Source: Terrimicrobiaceae bacterium
GTDB taxonomy: Bacteria; Verrucomicrobiota; Verrucomicrobiia; Chthoniobacterales; Terrimicrobiaceae
Direction: 5' to 3'
Assembly: GCA_044342325.1 (NCBI GenBank)
Contig: JBIIPZ010000010.1
Coordinates: 1 to 64,000 of the forward strand
Length of the DNA stretch: 64,000 nt
Shown: in pieces, positions 1 through 8,324 of the stretch
Layout of the letters: every line of letters begins with the position of its first letter
Position numbering within the stretch: the first letter of the stretch is position 1
The notes under the pieces: generated by a model
The model's database searches: none
What the model saw: the letters and a program-made list of their open reading frames with translations, nothing else
What the model was told of the DNA's origin: nothing
Translations under genes and position numbers: made by a program

Positions 1-83
1 TCCGCCGGTATTTCGGAATCGCGCCGAGCACCATGCGCAATTCCAAAACAACCCGCCCCGAAGATCCCGCTTCACCGAAATAG
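1..83 (+). CDS. 3' end of an AraC-family transcriptional regulator (partial)
   Basis: The frame from base 3 reads RRYFGIAPSTMRNSKTTRPEDPASPK*, matching the AraC C-terminal F(K/R)xxxGxxPxxxR signature. It is not in the ORF track. Confidence 0.65.
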   Translation, partial: RRYFGIAPSTMRNSKTTRPEDPASPK

Positions 84-88
84 CAGCG

Positions 89-1195
89 TTATGCTGCGGT
101 CGGCAACTCGGGAACGAAGGTGTAGCTCGGGTCCTCGCGTTGTTTCTTCAGCACCGGAATGATCTCGCGCCAGGTGGCCCAGAGCCCGTGCGAGGCGGGT
201 GGCAGGTCGTGCGCAATCGCTTTACGGAGCGAGGGCAGATTGTAGAACGGCACCGCTGGGAACATGTGGTGCTCTACATGATACTGCATGTTCCAATAGA
301 GGAAACCGACGAAGGGGCTGCAGGTGTAGGTGCGGCAGCAGAGCCTGAAATCTGGCGCGTCGGGCACCATTCCAATGTGCTGGGGAAGGCCTGTGAGATT
401 GCCGAGCCAACTTGCATAGCCGACGCAACTGATCAAGAGCACAAGAAACCAATGCCCCGTTGCAATAAAGACAGCAGCTAATGCCAGGTGCCCGAAAAGG
501 AGAATGCGCGCCCAGATGCGGTGTTTACGTCTCAAATCAGGCTTCGAATCGGGAAGAATGACCCCTGTCCACCATTCCCCTCCGCCATACATGCCCATGC
601 CCTTGAGGTCACCAAGTGCATATTTCAACCATGTCCGGACCCGCTGATACATAACAAACGGGTTCGGGAAGGGGAGAAGATTTGAAATCAGGAACCATGC
701 CATCTTTCCGTTCAGCTTCTCCGGCAGCACCACTTCATCATGCTCGGCCGGACTCCAGTCGAAATTCAGCGGCAGGATTACCTCCCCGTCATGGCCGTGA
801 TGCACGGTAACTTGGTGGTGTTTGACATGACTTACGCGGAAGCCGACCGGATCAAACCAGGAAAGAAAGGAAAAGATGTAAAGGAAGACATCGTTGAGCC
901 ACTGGGAGCGGAATGGAGTTTTGTGGCAGAGTTCGTGGCATGCCGTGCCACCCATATACACGGAAAAGGTTCCGTGAAGGAAAAGACAGGCAAGGAGCAA
1001 GGGTAGCGACCAGATTAGATTTTCCCGGTTGACCTGAAGAAAAACCAGATAAGCCGCAGTTGCCGTGGCTGCAAAAAGAAGCAAGTGCAGCAGGCAATGC
1101 GCCAAGGCCTTGCCATCGCTGCGCTTCATCAACCCGCTCATTAGCTGCTTGTCCACCTTGGTTCGATACCAGTTGATTTTGATTTGTTCGTTCAT
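89..1195 (-). CDS. Fatty-acid-desaturase-superfamily membrane di-iron protein, MocD-like
   Basis: Has three His boxes (HELCH, HVKHH, YHVEHH), hydrophobic segments, N-terminal WYRT..MKRSD and C-terminal FLYWNMQYHVEHHMFP. Confidence 0.85.
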   Translation of the reverse strand: MNEQIKINWYRTKVDKQLMSGLMKRSDGKALAHCLLHLLLFAATATAAYLVFLQVNRENLIWSLPLLLACLFLHGTFSVYMGGTACHELCHKTPFRSQWLNDVFLYIFSFLSWFDPVGFRVSHVKHHQVTVHHGHDGEVILPLNFDWSPAEHDEVVLPEKLNGKMAWFLISNLLPFPNPFVMYQRVRTWLKYALGDLKGMGMYGGGEWWTGVILPDSKPDLRRKHRIWARILLFGHLALAAVFIATGHWFLVLLISCVGYASWLGNLTGLPQHIGMVPDAPDFRLCCRTYTCSPFVGFLYWNMQYHVEHHMFPAVPFYNLPSLRKAIAHDLPPASHGLWATWREIIPVLKKQREDPSYTFVPELPTAA

Positions 1196-1298
1196 GGAAC
1201 CGTGAAACTAAACTCTCTACCCAAAATGCGTCCATATCCTCACTGATCTACTTCATATCTATGTTGCCTTTTTAAGACCGTGAGGCACTTTAGCCCAC

Positions 1299-2153
1299 AT
1301 GGCACCGCGTTCCTCAAAAGCAACCACCACCATTCCAAAATCGGCCGACCTCTTCCGCGCGGAGTCACGCGGGGACGATCTCCACATGTTCGGACGGGCT
1401 GTCTATCTGCCAGGCGGATGGTTTGGCCCTAGAAGTGAAGCCATTTATTTTCTCATCACAATTCTGGAGGGCAGTGTCGCGATCAACTGCGACGGTCGCC
1501 ACATCAACCTTGGAGTAGGGGAAGGAGTGATTCTTCCTCCCGGAAGCCTTGAGTTCTTTCGTTTTGATCAGAATGTGAAAAGCGTCCACCACTGGTGCCA
1601 GATTGCGTCGAGTCTCACAGACAGGCGTGAACGCAAACTCCTACGGGCGGCAGGCAATCCCTCACCCGTTCCGGCGTCAGTCAACATCCTCATCGAGGAG
1701 GGACTATCCATCCCCGTGAATGCAGGTCCCCACTTGAACCGCGCGATGCAGACGCTCGCAAAAGCCTGTCTGCTTCGCTTTGCGGCCCACGCCTCGGAAA
1801 ATATTCAAATAAAGCAACGCCGTCACCAGGCTGTGCAGCGGGCGCTCGAAGCAGTTTCCATGAATCCCGCGAAATTTCGCAGCGCCGAGGACCTCGCGCG
1901 CCACTGCGGAATTTCCTACTCGCGCCTTCGAAAACTTTTTCAGGACGACCAAGGCGAAAGCCCCACGGCGATGATCTGGCGCTTGAAGACCGATCAAGCT
2001 GTTCAATTGATCCGCGCCACCGGCCTAACCTTCGCCGAAGTCGCCGAACAGTGCGGTTTCTCCAACGCCTTCCACCTCTCACGCTGCGTCAAAGATCGCA
2101 TGGGAGTTGCGCCACGTGAACTCCGAAAAACCGAACAGGCAACTGGACGCTGA
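1299..2153 (+). CDS. AraC-family transcriptional regulator
   Basis: N-terminal cupin plus C-terminal double HTH (LARHCGISYSRLRKLF; VAEQCGFSNAFHLSRCVKDRMGVAP). Confidence 0.9.
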   Translation: MAPRSSKATTTIPKSADLFRAESRGDDLHMFGRAVYLPGGWFGPRSEAIYFLITILEGSVAINCDGRHINLGVGEGVILPPGSLEFFRFDQNVKSVHHWCQIASSLTDRRERKLLRAAGNPSPVPASVNILIEEGLSIPVNAGPHLNRAMQTLAKACLLRFAAHASENIQIKQRRHQAVQRALEAVSMNPAKFRSAEDLARHCGISYSRLRKLFQDDQGESPTAMIWRLKTDQAVQLIRATGLTFAEVAEQCGFSNAFHLSRCVKDRMGVAPRELRKTEQATGR

Positions 2154-2204
2154 TTCCCAGATCGCACGGTTGCCCCAGTGTTGGTATCCAGTATTATTCC
2201 ACAC

Positions 2205-3077
2205 ATGGCACTACCCCCCTCATTAAGAGCGAGCAAGCGTGTAGTCTTCATGCCACCACGGCTTGGGATTGATTCGCTCGCCATGTTTGGCCGCTACAAT
2301 TACGCAAACGCGGAGGACGGTCTCGATGAACACAGCCATCCGGGTGCCTTCGAGATATGCCACCTTCTCCGAGGGCGGCAGACCTACTGCATCGGCAAAC
2401 ACTCCTACCACCTTCGTGGAGGAGATGTCTTTTTGACCAGGCCGAATGAAAGGCACGGCACGGGTGGAAGCCCACAGGAAAAAGGCCTGCTCTACTGGAT
2501 GATCCTTTTGAACCCCTCCTCGACAGGCGGATCCCTTCTCGGCCTCGCGCAAAAGGAAAGCCTCGCCCTTTGGCGCGAACTCGGGAAAGCATCCCGCCGC
2601 CATTTTCCCGGCACGCCGGAAATGAAGTCTCAGCTCGATGCCATTCTCGCCTTGCTTCACGGCCGGGGAGAGCCGTTGAAAAAGACAGCCGTCCAGAACC
2701 GGATTGTTGCCTTCCTGCTCGAACTCCTGGCGGCCCGCGAGCGGGCATCGGCGGACCAGGGTGCCGAACGCTTCGCGCATGTCATCCGCCATATCGACTC
2801 CAACTTGAGCGAACCCGACAAGCTCACCATTGATGTCCTCTCCGCAATCGCCGGGCTCTCTCCATCGAGATTCAAGGCTCTTTTTAAGGAGAAGCTCGGA
2901 ATACCTCCGGCGGAATACGCCCTGCGCCACCGCATCGAGGAGGCCCGACGGCGCCTCGCGGCGGGAGATGCAACCGTGACGGGAGTCGCACTTGATTTGG
3001 GCTTCTCCTCCTCCCAGTATTTCGCCTCCTCGTTCAAGCGCCTGACCCGCATGACGCCTCGGGAAGCAATGAAATAA
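2205..3077 (+). CDS. AraC-family transcriptional regulator
   Basis: Cupin (HSHPGAFEI) and HTH (VALDLGFSSSQYFASSFKRLTRMTP). ATG 2205 is preferred over 2178 because it lies 7 nt after a TATTAT -10-like box. Confidence 0.9.
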   Translation: MALPPSLRASKRVVFMPPRLGIDSLAMFGRYNYANAEDGLDEHSHPGAFEICHLLRGRQTYCIGKHSYHLRGGDVFLTRPNERHGTGGSPQEKGLLYWMILLNPSSTGGSLLGLAQKESLALWRELGKASRRHFPGTPEMKSQLDAILALLHGRGEPLKKTAVQNRIVAFLLELLAARERASADQGAERFAHVIRHIDSNLSEPDKLTIDVLSAIAGLSPSRFKALFKEKLGIPPAEYALRHRIEEARRRLAAGDATVTGVALDLGFSSSQYFASSFKRLTRMTPREAMK

Positions 3078-3178
3078 TCCCGACAAAGGCGATAGCGGTT
3101 CCTACAGCAAATGTTCGAGATCATACTGCCGCTCGGGATCGAACGCATTTTTTCTACGCACTGAATAGAGTCTCCGGC

Positions 3179-4255
3179 ATGGAAAATCCCATCCTTCAAC
3201 AAGAACCTCCGCTCAAGGACTTCACCGAGAGCGTCCGCAAAAATGTGGCCATTACCTGGTATCGGACAAAGCTCCCGTCGGAGGCTGTGAAATCCCTTCA
3301 TGCGAAAAGCGACATCAAGGGCGCCATCCAGACGCTCGGCTACCTCGCTATCCTTGCTGGGACATGCGGTGCCGCCTGGTATTCGTTCCACCACTGGCCC
3401 TGGTGGGCGACGACATCCCTCGTCTTTATCTACGGAATGGTCGCCGCATTTCTGATCAATGCCGTCCACGAACTTGGGCACGGCACCGTGTTTCGCACGA
3501 AATGGCTGAACAGCTTTTTCTGTCATGTGTTCGCATTTTTCGGATGGATCAACCACGAGACCTTTCAATCCAGCCACATCCGCCACCACCGCTACACCCT
3601 GCACCCGCCAGATGATCTCGAGGTCGTCCTGCCGGTGAAACTGTTTTTCTGGCATGTGCTCAAGACCGGGATTTTCAACCCACAAGCCATCATTTGGAAT
3701 CTGAAATCAACCTTCCGGGTTGCGCTTGGAAAATTCGAAGGCGAATGGGAACTGACGCTCTATCCCGAGTCCGACCCAGAAAGCCGCAAGGTGCCGGTGC
3801 GCTGGGCGCGTTTCATGATCTTGGGGCACGCCTTGATTCTCGCCGCGTCGATCGCGAGCGGTCAGTGGATTCTGCCGATCATGCTGACATTCGGACACCA
3901 TTGCTACGGCAGTTGGCTATTCTTTCTGTGCAACAACACCCAGCATGTCGGCCTCAAGGACAATGTCAGCGACTTCCGCCTCTGTTGCCGCACCTTCACA
4001 CTCAACCCCGTGGTTCGGTTTCTCTATTGGCAAATGAACTACCACATCGAGCACCACATGTATGCCGCCGTGCCCTGCTACAATCTCGGCAAACTTCACA
4101 AAATGATCGAGCACGAGCTCCCGCCCACGCCCAGAGGCCTTGTCGGCGTCTGGCGCGAGATCAACGCCATTCTGAAAAAACAGGAGGCGGACCCGACTTA
4201 TCAGCATGAAGCCCCGCTCCCAGCCTTAACGCGCTTGCCGTCAGTCCCCGCCTGA
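3179..4255 (+). CDS. Fatty-acid-desaturase-superfamily membrane di-iron protein, MocD-like
   Basis: His boxes HELGH, HIRHH and YHIEHH. It is a paralogue of 89..1195 (shared DFRLCCRT, FLYW). Confidence 0.85.
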   Translation: MENPILQQEPPLKDFTESVRKNVAITWYRTKLPSEAVKSLHAKSDIKGAIQTLGYLAILAGTCGAAWYSFHHWPWWATTSLVFIYGMVAAFLINAVHELGHGTVFRTKWLNSFFCHVFAFFGWINHETFQSSHIRHHRYTLHPPDDLEVVLPVKLFFWHVLKTGIFNPQAIIWNLKSTFRVALGKFEGEWELTLYPESDPESRKVPVRWARFMILGHALILAASIASGQWILPIMLTFGHHCYGSWLFFLCNNTQHVGLKDNVSDFRLCCRTFTLNPVVRFLYWQMNYHIEHHMYAAVPCYNLGKLHKMIEHELPPTPRGLVGVWREINAILKKQEADPTYQHEAPLPALTRLPSVPA

Positions 4256-4438
4256 TCTGCGGCATGCCGACAAGTTGACCTGCGAAAGCCGATGCCGCCC
4301 CCGGCAGCCATTGATTCAGTTGGCCTACAGGGCGTGGACTGAGGTTGATGTCCCGGCATGTTGACCGTCGCCGAGGAAACTCTCCAGCAGATTGCTGCGC
4401 CGCCGAGGACATCCAGCGCATCTGCGACACCTTCCTAG

Positions 4439-4610
4439 GGTAGGGATGCCGCGCCGCCGGCGTCCCAAGATTCAGGAGCGCCAGCGGCGTTTCTTCTGGG
4501 TGCAAAGGCGGCTCCGCCGCGCAAATGGGTCAGCGACGGCGCGCCGACCCTACCTTGCATACAGGAGCGCGCTACCGCGCGGTTGCTGTGGCGGCGTCTC
4601 TATGAGCGCC
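4439..4610. repeat. REP/REPIN-like cluster between convergent genes
   Basis: GGTAGGGATGCCG..CGGCGTCCC ... GCGCCGACCCTACC (4439-4554) is homologous to 61887-62003. GCGGCGTCTCTATGAGCGCC at 4591-4610 recurs at 50176, 52765, 62119 and inverted at 63783. Confidence 0.8.
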
Positions 4611-6347
4611 TCCCCCCACAGGGCTGAAATGATTTGTGCCGGAAACAAGCGACACCAGTGATGCCCGCTTGGGGCCGAACAAATCGTTGCGGAAATCAAG
4701 ATTCGGCCAAGCTTCCTCCAAATGGCCCAGCAGGTCGTGGCAGGGATTGAAGATGGTTCCAGGATTGCGTTTGCACCAGGCTTCGGTGGCGGCGAGATTC
4801 TCCTGCTCATCGGCGGCGAGTTCGCGGATTCGCTCCGCATAGGCGTCGCCCTCCAGCCGCCGCTCCAAGCGGTCCAGCCGGGCCTGTCCCAGGCGCAGGT
4901 AATTCCAGATCGCCCGGTAGTGGCGATAGTGGACTTCAAACGTCTCCCGCTCCCGCCGGGCCGCCGCGCCGGAAACCGGAACGCCGTCTATTGTCAGAAA
5001 CGCCTCCCTCATTCCATTTTGAACAGCTTCCACCCGTGGCAGGATTACTGGCAAGGAGGAGGGCAGGATGAGATTGAAAGGGGCAAACCAGCTGAAACAA
5101 TGCTTGGTATCGAGAAAGCGGAAATCCTCCGGACGGAACGGCCCGAAAAGCACATTCCCAAGGCAAAGGCAGCGGCCGGAAAAGCTAGGAACGACCGGAT
5201 CATGATAGGCAATGGGAAATTGGATTTTCGCCTGGCGGAATTTCTCGTAGGCGGGAGTGGCGGCCTTTGCATGCTCTCCGAAAATGCCCTCCAACACCCG
5301 CTCCACCAACCGCTCTGGCGCTGCATCCGGGTCGGCGCTCCAGACCATGATGGCCTCGGCGATGGCGCCGGGCTCGATGGCGCCGCAATCGAAATCATAC
5401 CAACCCACCGCTCCCAATGCCCGCAGGGCATTCAACTTTTCCACAGCATACAGCGGATCGGGCGGCGGTGGTAACATCCAAGCCTCGTTGGGATGACTCC
5501 ACGCCGGCATGTCCACCAGGCGCAGCCCCAACCGGTCGGCTTTTTTCTTTTTTTCGAGGATGCCCGGACCGCAACCGCTGAAAATCGTTGTCATGTCCTC
5601 GACCTCCCCGGGCAGCGGGGATTGGCTGTGGCCTTGGGACGAACGCCCGATGATGAGTGCATCGGATCCGACGATGCCGGGCAACCGCTCAAGAAGCGCC
5701 GGCGGCAACCACCAGTCGTAGACGGCAATGCGGAACTTGGGCCGCGAGGCCTTGATTTGGGCGAAGGTCGCGTAGATGTCCTCCAGTTGTTGCGCCTGGG
5801 TCCGCCCGCCGCATTTCGGGCAGGTCTCGTCGCAGAAATTGGCCTCATTATCCACCACGCCGAGGTGCACACCGGCGATGCCGGGCAGCGCGGCAAACGC
5901 GTCGCGCGCCATCTGCTTCCAATAAGCAACGGCCTCCGGCTCGCTCCAGCAGAAGGAAGTGACATTCATGTGGCCCGCGTAGTAAAACCCGCCCCGGCCG
6001 CGCCAAGCGGCCGGCGTTTCGCCCCAGGCGTTGAACGGCAGGCGCGGCTCCCAGCAACAGAGGTGGGTTTCCAATCCATGCCTGGCGGCGCGCTGGCAGA
6101 CCTCGTTGATGTAATCCACATAGGCCTGACGCTCGGGACCATAGGCGATGTCATGGAGATAGATCAGGTGGAACTGCTTCTTGAAGGCCCCATGATTGCC
6201 CGTAAACTTGTCGAAGGGCGAATCCTGGAGATACAGCCCCTGGCAGCCGCACTTGACGAGAAACTCGAAGTAGGCGTCATCCAGATGCTCCAACTGGGGC
6301 TTGGGCGGGTGAGCGATGCGAATGGGAAGTGGAATGGTTTTTGTCAT
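4572..6347 (-). CDS. Hypothetical protein, possible TIM-barrel glycoside hydrolase
   Basis: 591-aa ORF with coding-like composition, AARHGLETHL and FCDETCPKC motifs, no signal peptide, in the glycan-cluster context. I cannot assign a family. Confidence 0.5.
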   Translation of the reverse strand: MTKTIPLPIRIAHPPKPQLEHLDDAYFEFLVKCGCQGLYLQDSPFDKFTGNHGAFKKQFHLIYLHDIAYGPERQAYVDYINEVCQRAARHGLETHLCCWEPRLPFNAWGETPAAWRGRGGFYYAGHMNVTSFCWSEPEAVAYWKQMARDAFAALPGIAGVHLGVVDNEANFCDETCPKCGGRTQAQQLEDIYATFAQIKASRPKFRIAVYDWWLPPALLERLPGIVGSDALIIGRSSQGHSQSPLPGEVEDMTTIFSGCGPGILEKKKKADRLGLRLVDMPAWSHPNEAWMLPPPPDPLYAVEKLNALRALGAVGWYDFDCGAIEPGAIAEAIMVWSADPDAAPERLVERVLEGIFGEHAKAATPAYEKFRQAKIQFPIAYHDPVVPSFSGRCLCLGNVLFGPFRPEDFRFLDTKHCFSWFAPFNLILPSSLPVILPRVEAVQNGMREAFLTIDGVPVSGAAARRERETFEVHYRHYRAIWNYLRLGQARLDRLERRLEGDAYAERIRELAADEQENLAATEAWCKRNPGTIFNPCHDLLGHLEEAWPNLDFRNDLFGPKRASLVSLVSGTNHFSPVGGGAHRDAATATAR

Positions 6348-6380
6348 GTGTCGATATTCTGATTTGAAATTTCCGGCTCC

Positions 6381-8324
6381 TTACTTCACCCGCAATTTAA
6401 CGATGCGCTGGTTGTTGACATCGGCGACGATGGCGCGCTCGCCGGACAGGGCGACGGATCCCGGGTGGTCGAACTGATTTGCGCCGGAGCCAGCCTGGTC
6501 AGTGGCGCCAAAAGCAGCCAGCGGCTTGAAGGATGCGGCGTCGAAGAGCAGGACCCGCTGCCGGTCGGTGTCGCTCACAAGAAGACGCTTGCCGTCGGCC
6601 GTGAGTCGCAGGGTCTGGCCGAACTTCTCCCCGGTCCCCTGCCCCCACTGCGTGAGGCGGGCCGTTTCCCGGAGGGCGTCTCCTGAGACTTCAAGCCGGA
6701 CGATACTTGGGCCGTCCACGACGATGAGCGAACCGTCGTCGAGCACCGCGATGTCGCCGGGGGCGGTGATGCTATTGGCTGCGAGTTCCTTCCATTCCTT
6801 GCGCGGCGCCCAGAGGCGGGGCTCCATGGTGGTGCGCCAGATTTTGTTGGTTTTCCCGTCGGTGGCGTAGGCAGGCGTCTTCGCCGGGTCGCCGGATTTG
6901 GCGACGGCGAATCCCTTGACCTGGGTGAAGGGAGTCGGCGCGTCGTGAGAGGGCTGCGCGCTCTCCCGTCCGAAGGCCGGACGCCCGACCACCGGGATCG
7001 TCCGCTCGCCCGTGGTCATGGCAGAGATCCATTCCCCGCGCCAGGCGCCGGGCGAGGTGGCGGCGGTATGGTTGGCAAAGCGCGGAGCGGCATTGGCCGC
7101 ATCGTCAAATCGCCACCACAAGCCGCCCGCATTCACCCAGCCATCGGGACTGAGGTGAATGTTCCCGAGTTCCGGAAGCGAGCCATAGCGTTTGTCGAGT
7201 TGCAGCACGCCGGCTTGGTCGTCCCAGTTTGCGAAATAGGCGTTGCCAGGAAGCGAGGTTGACAGAAGCAACGGATCCATGGCGACGGCCACCCCCTTGG
7301 GCGCCAGCAGGTCGAGGCTGCCGCGCACATCGACGATCTGGGTGACAGAGGGGATGCGGATGTCCCAACTGGCGACCTTGCCGGGGGCCGTCTTGCCGTT
7401 GCGGTCAAAGCGGGCCAGAAATCCATACCAGGCGGCGTCCCAGACTGCGTCGCCCGCGACCGAAACAACTCCGCGAAACTGCGTCGGCTCCGCAGGAGTC
7501 TCCAAGCAGACACGACGCCAGAGTTCCTTACCATCCCAAGTCAGCTTCACGATTTCACAGGCTCTTGGCTGATGGATATTCGCCCCGATGTATTTACCGA
7601 AGTAACCGCCGAGATAAAGCGCCTGACCGTCTGGGTCGATCGCCAAAGCGGACGGGTAGTCACCGGGAATCTCCATCAGGCGGATGCGCTCCTTAGTTTT
7701 GGAATCATACGCTCCGATGACGATGCGCTTCTCTTTTTCCTCGGCGTAGGCGTAGAGCAGTTTTCCGTTGTGTGGCGTCGGGCAGAGAATACCGGCCCGA
7801 TGGGAGGGATACTCCGGGAAGGAAGCAACAGCCTCGGCGGAAGGGGCTCCCCCGAGCGGCAGGGCAAACAACACGACATCGGAGCCGGTCTTGGGATCGG
7901 CTTTCGGCAGGTGTCCGAAGCCGTAAAGCACCCCGTCCAGAAGCGCGAATCCACTGGTGTCGATGCGGCTTCCCGAAGGCTGCAGAGGAAACCGCTTGAG
8001 CAGGCGGCCCTCGAGATCAAGGCAGTTGAAGGCTTCACCGCCGCTCAGCCAGACGCGAGCATCACGATCCAGGGCGACCCCCGATCTCAAGCCAGTGCTG
8101 TCCCGTCCCTTGAGTCCCGTGTTAACGCGCACCAACTCGGCCCCCTCGATGCCCGAGTTGCCGAGCACCCCGGCATACTCAAGACTTTCGGCCCGCAAGC
8201 CGCCTGCTGCGGAGATGAGGAGCGCAATGGCCATCCAATGCCGAAGACGCTCTTTCAGAATTATGGAGCAGTCGGCCAATGATCGGTTTTTCGTTTCAGC
8301 GTTCATGGTTTGATCGGGGTTCAT
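6381..8324 (-). CDS. Secreted NHL-repeat/beta-propeller protein
   Basis: Signal-peptide-like segment and NHL repeats (VSDTDRQRVLLFD; FDHPGSVALSGERAIVADVNNQRI). ATGA overlap with the upstream gene. Confidence 0.7.
   Translation of the reverse strand: MNPDQTMNAETKNRSLADCSIILKERLRHWMAIALLISAAGGLRAESLEYAGVLGNSGIEGAELVRVNTGLKGRDSTGLRSGVALDRDARVWLSGGEAFNCLDLEGRLLKRFPLQPSGSRIDTSGFALLDGVLYGFGHLPKADPKTGSDVVLFALPLGGAPSAEAVASFPEYPSHRAGILCPTPHNGKLLYAYAEEKEKRIVIGAYDSKTKERIRLMEIPGDYPSALAIDPDGQALYLGGYFGKYIGANIHQPRACEIVKLTWDGKELWRRVCLETPAEPTQFRGVVSVAGDAVWDAAWYGFLARFDRNGKTAPGKVASWDIRIPSVTQIVDVRGSLDLLAPKGVAVAMDPLLLSTSLPGNAYFANWDDQAGVLQLDKRYGSLPELGNIHLSPDGWVNAGGLWWRFDDAANAAPRFANHTAATSPGAWRGEWISAMTTGERTIPVVGRPAFGRESAQPSHDAPTPFTQVKGFAVAKSGDPAKTPAYATDGKTNKIWRTTMEPRLWAPRKEWKELAANSITAPGDIAVLDDGSLIVVDGPSIVRLEVSGDALRETARLTQWGQGTGEKFGQTLRLTADGKRLLVSDTDRQRVLLFDAASFKPLAAFGATDQAGSGANQFDHPGSVALSGERAIVADVNNQRIVKLRVK

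Noticed and set aside
89..4255. Lipid-desaturation or secondary-metabolite cluster
   Set aside because: There are no ACP, PKS or acyltransferase genes nearby, and the context is catabolic.
4256..4438. Possible gene remnant (EDIQRICDTFL / MLTVAEETLQQIA)
   Set aside because: Too short and ambiguous to assign without a search.
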